Sequence record: SRR2962707_4944
Strand: one strand, 5' to 3'
Length of the DNA stretch: 61,351 bases
Shown here one piece after another: positions 40,190 through 48,411 of the stretch; position 1 is the first letter of the stretch; every line of letters begins with the position of its first letter. The notes beneath the pieces were generated by a model that was not told the DNA's origin, searched no databases, and was given only the letters and a program-made list of their open reading frames with translations. Both the position numbers and the translations under genes were made by a program.

Positions 40190-41155
40190 ATGAAAGTTCT
40201 TATTATTGGCGGAGGGGGTCTTGTCGGCCAGAAACTTGCCAAGTCCTTGGCAGCCAGAGGGACATTGCGCGGCCAAGACATCAGCGCCTTGGTCTTGGCC
40301 GATGTTGTGGACCCCGCGCCAATCGAAGCTGGGTTTCCAGTTTCCTACACAACCTGTGACATCGCAAGCGCGGCCTCAGTTGACGCGCTGATTGATGCCG
40401 AAACCGATGTGATTTATCTGCTAGCCGCCATTGTGTCTGGCCATGCCGAAGAAGAATTCGAAGTTGGCTATCAAATCAATATGATGGGCACAATGAATGT
40501 TTTGGAACGATGCCGTAAGCTGGAATCCAAGCCGGTCGTCGTTTTCACATCATCGATTGCGGTCTTCGGCGGAGAAGTGCCAGATCCCATCTTGGACACG
40601 ACTCTCTTGAATCCTCAAACAAGCTACGGCGCTCAAAAAGCAATTGGCGAGATGCTTCTGACCGACTATTCGCGCAAAGGCTATGTGGATGGCCGTGGCT
40701 TTCGCCTTCCGACAATTTCGATCAGACCCGGCAAGCCGAACCGCGCCGCGTCAAGCTTTATGTCCTCGATTTTACGCGAACCGCTCAACGGTCAAGAAGC
40801 CGTTTGCCCGGTTGGAGCCGAGTTCCCGCATTATTATCTGAGCCCGCGTAAATGTGTCGAAAACCTGATCAAGGGTGCAGAAATCCCAGAGGCCGATTTG
40901 GGCCAGAACAGATGCATGATGATGCCCGGTAAGATGTGGACTATCGGTCAATTGATTGAGGCAATGACAACGGTCGCCGGCCCGGAACCCGCAAAACTAA
41001 TCAAATGGGAAGCACAGCCCGACATTCAGCGCATTGTCACTGGATGGCGCTTTGATCTGCGTCCAGAAAAATCATTGGCGCTTGGCCTAACCGCTGATGA
41101 CAGTTTTGAAGACAATGTGCGCTATTATATGGAAGATGATCTGGGTAAAAGCTGA
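40190..41155 (+). CDS. denD: D-erythronate dehydrogenase-like NAD-dependent epimerase/SDR
   Basis: LAAIVSG.AE, PQTSYGAQKAIGE, RPGKPNRAASSFMSSILREPL. Confidence 0.75.
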   Translation: MKVLIIGGGGLVGQKLAKSLAARGTLRGQDISALVLADVVDPAPIEAGFPVSYTTCDIASAASVDALIDAETDVIYLLAAIVSGHAEEEFEVGYQINMMGTMNVLERCRKLESKPVVVFTSSIAVFGGEVPDPILDTTLLNPQTSYGAQKAIGEMLLTDYSRKGYVDGRGFRLPTISIRPGKPNRAASSFMSSILREPLNGQEAVCPVGAEFPHYYLSPRKCVENLIKGAEIPEADLGQNRCMMMPGKMWTIGQLIEAMTTVAGPEPAKLIKWEAQPDIQRIVTGWRFDLRPEKSLALGLTADDSFEDNVRYYMEDDLGKS

Positions 41156-41188
41156 CAAGGCTTCGCCGAGCGATCTGTAAAACAACAA

Positions 41189-41211
41189 AAAGGGGGGCGT
41201 TGCCCCCCTTT
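41189..41211. terminator. bidirectional terminator
   Basis: AAAGGGGGGC-gtt-GCCCCCCTTT between convergent genes. Confidence 0.7.
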
Positions 41212-41236
41212 CCAATTTCTAACTGTCACTTAGTGA

Positions 41237-42178
41237 TTAATTGACAGGCGTCAGCAACGCGTCTCCCGCAAGAAATGCCGAGATATTATCGCGTTGCAAC
41301 TGCCCCATAGCCGCTCGGGTTTCAACCGTTCCTGACCCTTGGTGCGGCTGCAAGACCACATTGTCCAAAGCGGCAAAGCGCGGATTGATATTGGGTTCGT
41401 TCAAGAAGACATCGAGCCCTGCCCCGCCCAAAGCGCCACTTTCCAAGGCATCCAGCATGGCTTCTTCGTCAATGGTTGTGCCCCGCGAGATGTTAATCAA
41501 TACGCCATTTGGACCCAATGCTGCGATGACGTCCTTGGAAACACACTTCTCAGTCTCTGCACCCCCAACCAAAGCAACCACCAAGAAATCAACCTCTTGC
41601 GCCAAGGAGACCGGATCCGCATGGTACGTCCAACCCGGCGTGTCTTTTTCAGAACGTGAATGGTAATGAATATCCATTTTAAACCCTGCAAGACGATCCG
41701 CGATTTCTCGTCCAATACGCCCCAAACCGACGATGCCGGCTTTTGAACCGCTGGCTTTACGATTCAATGGCAGTTCCTGAGTTGCCCACTGCCCGGACCG
41801 TACCAATTGCTCACCGGCACGAAAGCAACGCGCTTGCGACAACAACATCGCGACAGCGGTATCGGCCACATCGTCGTTCAAGACATCCGGTGTATTCGTC
41901 ACCTTGATACCGCGTTCTGATGCATCGACGACATTGATCGCGTCGTATCCCACACCATAGTTGGCAATAACGCCCAGGTTGGGAAACTGGTCCATTTCCG
42001 CCCCACCAAAGGCATGATGGCCCTTGTAGGCAACAGCCTTTACAGCTTGCTTGGCTTCATCGCTCAACGAAGCCGCCTCTTCCAGATTTGCGAGAACCTG
42101 CGCCTGAAGATCGCTGGTCAATGCGGCCAAATCAGTGTCTGTATATTGGCCAAGAGCCAGAATCGTAGGGGTCGTCAT
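41237..42178 (-). CDS. D-2-hydroxyacid dehydrogenase (glyoxylate/hydroxypyruvate or 2-ketoaldonate reductase-like)
   Basis: GVGYD, TNTPDVL, GLGRIG, INISRG, LDVF.NEP, QPHQGS. Confidence 0.88.
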   Translation of the reverse strand: MTTPTILALGQYTDTDLAALTSDLQAQVLANLEEAASLSDEAKQAVKAVAYKGHHAFGGAEMDQFPNLGVIANYGVGYDAINVVDASERGIKVTNTPDVLNDDVADTAVAMLLSQARCFRAGEQLVRSGQWATQELPLNRKASGSKAGIVGLGRIGREIADRLAGFKMDIHYHSRSEKDTPGWTYHADPVSLAQEVDFLVVALVGGAETEKCVSKDVIAALGPNGVLINISRGTTIDEEAMLDALESGALGGAGLDVFLNEPNINPRFAALDNVVLQPHQGSGTVETRAAMGQLQRDNISAFLAGDALLTPVN

Positions 42179-42455
42179 GCGTGTCTCCAGTGTTTGATCG
42201 TGGCGTGCAAAGCGCCGTAAATACTCAACCGATTCGATTGGCGCAAAGCCGACTGTTTCTCGCGAAAAAATCAGCGCCGCCAAAATCGATATGGCTCTGT
42301 AATTATTAGAATAAACACGTAACTGATCCAAGATTCATCACGTGCATATTCCGGGTCCTCCACCTACATCCTGCACTAATATTCCATCGACACCAGCCCA
42401 AAATTGTATGCTCTTTATACCAGTTCCTACATGGTCATCTCGCCAGATCGCAGGC

Positions 42456-42480
42456 AAAAAAAACGCACCCATCGGGTGCG
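42456..42480 (-). terminator. intrinsic terminator of the alginate-like operon
   Basis: CGCACCC-atc-GGGTGCG preceded by A8 (U8 tract on the minus strand), 30 bp after the algL stop. Confidence 0.7.
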
Positions 42481-42509
42481 CTTTCTAAAGAAATAGTCTG
42501 CGTCGAAGC

Positions 42510-43541
42510 TTAGAAATTTGCCCACATCAAGGTCTGATTTCCACCAAGCTTTGAGTAATTCAGCGGGCGGTAGCGCTCTGCCAGCGAGATCAGTTTGGGG
42601 TCGTAGTGAATGGTCAGATACGCTTCTAACCATGCAAGGTTGAACCCTTTCAATTGATCGGTCCCGTCGAAAAAGCTCTGAGTTTTGCCAGTGATACGGG
42701 TCGAATTCCGCCCGTCATTCAGATCTTCAACTGCGAAATCCACCACCCGTTTCAAAGCGCCATTGCAACGCTCAGACAGATCGATTCCCTTGGCACTCAG
42801 CAACGCCGTCGAAACCGTTAGCGGGGCGATTGCGTGCAATTGATAATGCAGCGCATATTTTCCACGCGACATTTCTTGAGGCAAACTGCCATCCGACGAC
42901 GCAGTGCACAAAACATAGGTTGTCGACCAAGCAGACCAGCCACGTATGACCGGATCTTCCAAAATTGTGCTGGTCGCGCTACCTGCCAAGGCCGCCCAAG
43001 CCCGGAGGTTCCCCTGTTTGGCACCATCCGGTGCACTGGCTTCCCAAAACACCATTTGGCGAGTCATCAGTTCTTGCATCCAGGGACGGATCGCCGCCAA
43101 TTGCAAATCAGAACTCCGAAAAGGCATCACTTGAAGCACGACCATGCCGATGCTGGCGATACGGGAACCAATTGTCAGATTTGCCGTGCTTGACTTCAGA
43201 TCAGTCAACGCATTGGCCTGTGCCCAAACAGCGATTTGAGACAAGACGCAGTCAGCAATACCGCGTTGGTCAGCGCCCGCCTCGTGCACTGTGTCTGCTT
43301 GATCCGCAAGGCTTCGCAGGAAGTCGTCAACCGGAGCCAAAGCCTCATCTACTTCTTGGTTTGCCCCCGCATCGATCACAGCTCGGTTCGAGCTGCTTTC
43401 CGAATAGCGACTGCCGTAATCCAATGAATAGATCGGCGTTGGGGCCGCCGGGCATCCTGCTGCCATTGCTTCACTTCCAAGACCGATAGATGCGGCAACG
43501 GCCATCATCAAAGGGGCAATTCGCGTTGCCTTGAGTCTCAT
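42510..43541 (-). CDS. algL: periplasmic PL5 alginate lyase homologue
   Basis: Signal peptide; SRY, CVLSQIAVWAQANAL, DGSLPQEMSRGKYALHYQ, KLGG; GNLRAW at the NNHSYW position. Confidence 0.8.
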   Translation of the reverse strand: MRLKATRIAPLMMAVAASIGLGSEAMAAGCPAAPTPIYSLDYGSRYSESSSNRAVIDAGANQEVDEALAPVDDFLRSLADQADTVHEAGADQRGIADCVLSQIAVWAQANALTDLKSSTANLTIGSRIASIGMVVLQVMPFRSSDLQLAAIRPWMQELMTRQMVFWEASAPDGAKQGNLRAWAALAGSATSTILEDPVIRGWSAWSTTYVLCTASSDGSLPQEMSRGKYALHYQLHAIAPLTVSTALLSAKGIDLSERCNGALKRVVDFAVEDLNDGRNSTRITGKTQSFFDGTDQLKGFNLAWLEAYLTIHYDPKLISLAERYRPLNYSKLGGNQTLMWANF

Positions 43542-46276
43542 TGACCAGCTCCAAATCGAAGGAGGCTCAGAGTATTGGCCGCTTTGCTGCTTCCAGCATT
43601 GGCCGCTTGTTCGAGCCACCGGGTTGCGGATTCCAGATCTCTGGGAGTGCCAATTCCGAATGCTAACGCATAGCCAACTTCTGTCATCGCGGCCACGTGG
43701 CCGTTTTCAGCAGCGTCTTTGAGCCAGCGTGCGGAATTTGCGAGGTCCCCAGGGGACTGAGCTTGTTCACGTAATACCATGCCATACTCGTACTTTGCGT
43801 CGACACTACCAGATTCAATGGCACTTAGATACAGACCACCGATATCAAATCTTTGTTGAATAGCCGTTTGAAGGTCTTCGTCAGCTGTCCTGTAACTTGC
43901 CAAAACCCAGTTTTCGTCACCGGGCACGCCACTGCTCATCAAAGCGGACAAATGTCCGGCAGCGGCAACAGGGTCGTAGGTTTCAAGGTCAGGATTGGCC
44001 GTCAGCAAATACAAGCGACGATGTGCGTTTGCATTGCCTTCACCAACCATGCGCTGGAAGACCGCAACTTCGTTTGGTGCAGCGCCTTCATTGTACAAAG
44101 CCATTTGTGGATTGGACAATCCGAGCTTGGAAAGAGTGTGACCCCCTTCAAAATTCAAAGCGATCTGTCTCCAATGGTACGACCCTTGCGGATTGTCGCG
44201 AAGCGTATACGCGTCGCCAAGCTCATCAGAATCCTTCGTGCTGCACACCATCAAGGAAACGGCGCGGTCGACATAATCATCAACTTTGTTTTCCGGCACA
44301 AAAGGAATGGCAAACATCAGTGCTAGGAAGTCACCGCGGTCTTCGATCTGCTGGGCAAACTGTTGGTAAACGTCCTGCGCAGAGCGCTCTTTAGCTTGTA
44401 GGCGTGACATCAAACGAATGGATGCCCCCTCGCCCCGGTTACCCGACTTTGTCAGAAGCGTAATGATCTCTTCAGCAATCTCCGGTTCTCTGGAGTTGTG
44501 TTCGACCAAGGCAATGGCAAGGTCCAACGCCGTTGTGACACCGTTGTTCAGGTACACACGACGAAACAGCTCAATGGCGAGATTTCGTTCTGCCGCGTTG
44601 GTCGCAAGGCTAAAGTCCAGCTCAGCAAAGGCTTCCAAAACCTGGTCAGAGCGGTCTACCCGCTCACCCCAGAGCCGCTTTGCACTGTCGCGCGCCGTTG
44701 GATCGACTTGAAGACGCTGCGCGAAGTTCGCCACAGATTGCACACGCCCTGCCAAGGCTTGCGATTGAATCTGGGCCAAAGCTTCCGGGTTCCGATAGGG
44801 GCTCAGAACCAAAAGATCATTACCACTTACATGATAAGAGCGGTGCATCGAGGCACTATACGCCCGTGCCCAACGGTCGGCCGAGGCCAATTGCGGCGCT
44901 TCGTTGACCTGGCAGCGGTACAGTGAGTCCAACTTATCCATCGAAGACATCATACCAAACCGGCTTACCGTTTCTGTCAGCAAATCAACCACACGGCCAA
45001 CCTGCTTCGGATCATCCCGATACCGCAACAGCTTCCCGGCAAGGATCTGCATTCCGTCAGCATCTTGACGACGAACCGCTTCTTCCAGGAAAATCAAAGC
45101 CTCGGCTTCACCGGCCCAACGTCCTTTACGGATCAGAACTTCCTTGGCCAGCTCAGTGAATACCCATCCTGGCGCTTCGGTAAGACGTGAAAGCTCTTTC
45201 AGGTATTTGATATAAAGGCTTTCTTCGTCCGCATATTCGCCGTCGATATTTACGGCCAGCTCAAGAAATGGCGTCAAAGAGCCTCGGGTACGCCCATCGT
45301 CTTCGGAATAATTGTAGCCCAGAATGCGCTGCAATTCTTCTTCGTCTACGTCACCGGCCGTTTTGATCTGGGCCAACTGAGTGTCATCAACCGTAATTCC
45401 GCGCTCAACAGCCAGCTTGAGATACTTAAGCATCTCTTTGTTGTCTTTGATTGCTGCATCCGCGTTCAGGTGCAATTCGACAAGACGCCAAGCGCCTTCC
45501 GCGCCACCAAGATCGGCAGAGAATTTGTACCAGGCATAGGCCACATCATAGTTTTGCGAGACGATATCGCCGTTCAGGTATTCGCGAGCAATTCTTTCAG
45601 CCCGTCCACAAACGTTTTCGTTTAAACGGCCAAGCAGACCACCAAACGCCATTGTCACTGTCAGTTCTAACGGCGCGTCCCATCCCGCGATGGGTTTGCC
45701 CTCAAGATCAAAGCGCGCAATGCTCAGCAACGCGTTAGGGTTCCCCCCAAAAGCCGCATCCGTGATCAGCTTGCGGGCATATTCCTCGTCTACCTCGGTA
45801 CCAATGCCATTCAGGAAATATTGCGCCATAATCAAACGCTGTGCATTGGTCATTTCGACCTGACGCTGGCGCAGACGATTGACCAGACCATCGGCCATCA
45901 ATTGCTCGTTACGACCAGCGTCGATATACAACTCAACCTTGGCGACAAGCTCATCAATTCCGGCAAACTCTTCGTCAATCGACGCACGACGCGTAATAAG
46001 AGCATTGATGAAATCAAACCACTTATCGGGGTCATTGCGTTGCAAACGCCTGATATCCCGGCTCAAATATCGAATTCGGACGGGATCAGTCAGCTGGCTA
46101 TCGCCGCCTTCGATCGTCAAGTCATCTTCTTTTGGAACCCGATTTGGAGAACAGATATTCCGAACTTCAATTGAGGGTGGCATAAACGCCATGTCCAGGG
46201 TTCTGGCCGCCGTCATCTGAGGCAATGCCGAAGCAAACAAGGACGTGGCAATCAGGGAAAGAACAGTTCTTTTCAT
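43538..46276 (-). CDS. secreted 912-aa SEL1/TPR-repeat protein
   Basis: Signal peptide; SEL1 repeats, e.g. YFLNGIGTEVDEEYA, YDVAYAWYKFSADLG, AFGIGTPRDLESATRWLEQAANAG. Confidence 0.8.
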   Translation of the reverse strand: MKRTVLSLIATSLFASALPQMTAARTLDMAFMPPSIEVRNICSPNRVPKEDDLTIEGGDSQLTDPVRIRYLSRDIRRLQRNDPDKWFDFINALITRRASIDEEFAGIDELVAKVELYIDAGRNEQLMADGLVNRLRQRQVEMTNAQRLIMAQYFLNGIGTEVDEEYARKLITDAAFGGNPNALLSIARFDLEGKPIAGWDAPLELTVTMAFGGLLGRLNENVCGRAERIAREYLNGDIVSQNYDVAYAWYKFSADLGGAEGAWRLVELHLNADAAIKDNKEMLKYLKLAVERGITVDDTQLAQIKTAGDVDEEELQRILGYNYSEDDGRTRGSLTPFLELAVNIDGEYADEESLYIKYLKELSRLTEAPGWVFTELAKEVLIRKGRWAGEAEALIFLEEAVRRQDADGMQILAGKLLRYRDDPKQVGRVVDLLTETVSRFGMMSSMDKLDSLYRCQVNEAPQLASADRWARAYSASMHRSYHVSGNDLLVLSPYRNPEALAQIQSQALAGRVQSVANFAQRLQVDPTARDSAKRLWGERVDRSDQVLEAFAELDFSLATNAAERNLAIELFRRVYLNNGVTTALDLAIALVEHNSREPEIAEEIITLLTKSGNRGEGASIRLMSRLQAKERSAQDVYQQFAQQIEDRGDFLALMFAIPFVPENKVDDYVDRAVSLMVCSTKDSDELGDAYTLRDNPQGSYHWRQIALNFEGGHTLSKLGLSNPQMALYNEGAAPNEVAVFQRMVGEGNANAHRRLYLLTANPDLETYDPVAAAGHLSALMSSGVPGDENWVLASYRTADEDLQTAIQQRFDIGGLYLSAIESGSVDAKYEYGMVLREQAQSPGDLANSARWLKDAAENGHVAAMTEVGYALAFGIGTPRDLESATRWLEQAANAGSSKAANTLSLLRFGAGQ

Positions 46277-46286
46277 TTGCCGTCTC

Positions 46287-47603
46287 CTAGAAGAAACACG
46301 CGGAAATGCGTGGAGTGCTGCCAAACGGCGCATCAAGTTCAATATCGAGCGTGCGAATACCTTCGCGCCACATCCCGGACACAGGTACATAGAATTGACC
46401 TGTTTTTTGTTGATCCAAGCGACGTGACACCGTCGAGGTTCGCGTGGCCCCTGTCGGCGACGTAAATACGAACCGCGCTTGCGACGCCTCAGAACCGCCG
46501 GTTTCCAACAGTAATGTGTAATCCTGCGACGGGTTCAAAGAGCTAAGGTCCGCCTGAACCCGGTTAGCATCCAAAGACGCAAGAACAGGGATCGGCATGC
46601 GGCATGAACTGCCCGAAGCTGCGATGAGTTCGCGCATTGGCTGGTCACCGTACTGTGCAAGATTGTGATAAACCGGGTTTTCCCAGACCAAAATCGCGGG
46701 CCGCGCCTGTTTGAAAGCTTCAGACGTCAGGTAAGACGAAATCGCCCCATAAGCACCGCCATTGGGAACCGAACGCACATCAACCGCAAGGCCCGTCATT
46801 TCGGACAAAAAGCCGCCAAAGTTCAACGCTGGTTCCGACGAAAATTCAGTACCAACAACGGCAATCTGACCCGTTTGGGAAGCATTGCCGAAAATGTTTG
46901 TCCCACCTTGGGTATTGCCAACTCCGCCGCGTTGCCCTGTGACAAACACTTCGGTTTCGACCTTGGGAAGTTTGATCAGACAGTGACGCTGCAAGACGCG
47001 GCGCATGTCCGAGTCAATTTCCTGCATACCTTGAGATTGGTTTGAAAAGCCGCCCCGCGGCATGCGCATGAAGTTCGCGTTTTGCGACAACTCCTGCGCA
47101 ATGGCTTGGGCCATCAATCGCGATCCTAAGGAATTCAAACGATAATCTGTCTTGAAATATGGCAGCTCAAAACCAGACCCGCCGACCACAAAAGCCCGAC
47201 GCAGGTTTACGGTGACGACACCGGCTTTCTGCAAGCGTTCAACCATATCATCATAAAGAGACGTGGCCACGTTCGGGTCAAACCCGTAGTCATAGGCCCG
47301 CAAAGGGAGTTGCTTGGTCAACACCATGCTTTTCGGTGGCACGGGTGCATAGACCAAGGTTGTGCCTAAAGACGCCAGCGATTGCGAAAGCAACGCTACA
47401 TCTTCGACAGTTTCATCCGAAAACGGATGATGTGTGTACAGTTCCGGTTGAACCCGAAAAAAGACTCCGTCAGCGCCTTCGACACTGGGCAGGCTGTGAA
47501 ACCCGTCCAAATCTCGGCACCCGTAGGTCGACTGCGCATTGGCGGCTTGCGCCACGCCCATAGCTACGGCGGATGCCGCTAGGAACTTAACCAGTCGCTT
47601 CAT
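46287..47603 (-). CDS. algX: AlgX/AlgJ-family SGNH-like periplasmic protein with a degenerate active site
   Basis: G.DG.FFR, YFKTD, VVGTEFS, NFGGFL, YLTSEAFK..RPAILVWE; C-terminal beta-rich domain. Confidence 0.8.
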   Translation of the reverse strand: MKRLVKFLAASAVAMGVAQAANAQSTYGCRDLDGFHSLPSVEGADGVFFRVQPELYTHHPFSDETVEDVALLSQSLASLGTTLVYAPVPPKSMVLTKQLPLRAYDYGFDPNVATSLYDDMVERLQKAGVVTVNLRRAFVVGGSGFELPYFKTDYRLNSLGSRLMAQAIAQELSQNANFMRMPRGGFSNQSQGMQEIDSDMRRVLQRHCLIKLPKVETEVFVTGQRGGVGNTQGGTNIFGNASQTGQIAVVGTEFSSEPALNFGGFLSEMTGLAVDVRSVPNGGAYGAISSYLTSEAFKQARPAILVWENPVYHNLAQYGDQPMRELIAASGSSCRMPIPVLASLDANRVQADLSSLNPSQDYTLLLETGGSEASQARFVFTSPTGATRTSTVSRRLDQQKTGQFYVPVSGMWREGIRTLDIELDAPFGSTPRISACFF

Positions 47604-47619
47604 GGTGTTGCCCATATCC

Positions 47620-48405
47620 TCAATTGGTTTGGGCCGCGTCCCCGTAATGATTGGCGGCCAACTGCTCGATCAGATTTGCGGCCATCGTTGAGACCGCGAG
47701 ATGTTCCGTTTTTTGTGCACGCTCCAAGAGCGCGCGTGCCCTGCCCAGTTCATCCTGGGTCAAATCGGGCTTACGGAGTATAGAAATTGCTTGTTTGAGC
47801 TCTGTGCGCCCATCCTTGTTTGCTTCGGCTTGTGCTTCGATTTTCAAGCGCGTGGCCTCGGACAAAGCGCCAAAAAGCAGCCCTTCACCGTTAAAATCGA
47901 CAACGGCATCAAGCGCCAAGGAATTTCCCGCCCAAGCATGTGGGTATAGGACGGAAATATATTTGTTCACCCTATTCTTGGGTTCCGTTTTCGGATCCAA
48001 AAGATGCATGGCTTCGACCATCTCTGGCAAAGCCCAGACTCTGCCGCCACCGACAGCAATCGCCCCGTAATAGGCGATGTCAGACGCGTTAGCGCTCAAC
48101 CCGCGCGCCATCAGAATATCGACATATTTCAAGGATGCCAAACTGTCCCCGTAATTGGCCAGTTTGCGCAGGTTCTCATCGCTGACCAACTCTCCGGCGA
48201 ACATTGCGCGTCGTGCATTGCGCAACGCCAAAGTTGGTAAACTGCGGGTGCTTTTTAAGCCTTTATCAACAACCACGCTGATTTCGCGCGAGTCCCGATC
48301 GGTTTGTACGGGGATCGGCAAAGCGAATTCCTGTGCCGTCGCTGCACCTGCAGACATGAGCAAGGAAACTAAGCTCACTTTCCAAATTTTGTGCAACATC
48401 GACAT
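47620..48405 (-). CDS. secreted hypothetical protein within the alg operon
   Basis: Signal peptide ending AATA-Q; helical composition; 4-6 bp gaps to its neighbours. Confidence 0.7.
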   Translation of the reverse strand: MSMLHKIWKVSLVSLLMSAGAATAQEFALPIPVQTDRDSREISVVVDKGLKSTRSLPTLALRNARRAMFAGELVSDENLRKLANYGDSLASLKYVDILMARGLSANASDIAYYGAIAVGGGRVWALPEMVEAMHLLDPKTEPKNRVNKYISVLYPHAWAGNSLALDAVVDFNGEGLLFGALSEATRLKIEAQAEANKDGRTELKQAISILRKPDLTQDELGRARALLERAQKTEHLAVSTMAANLIEQLAANHYGDAAQTN

Positions 48406-48411
48406 GTCTTG

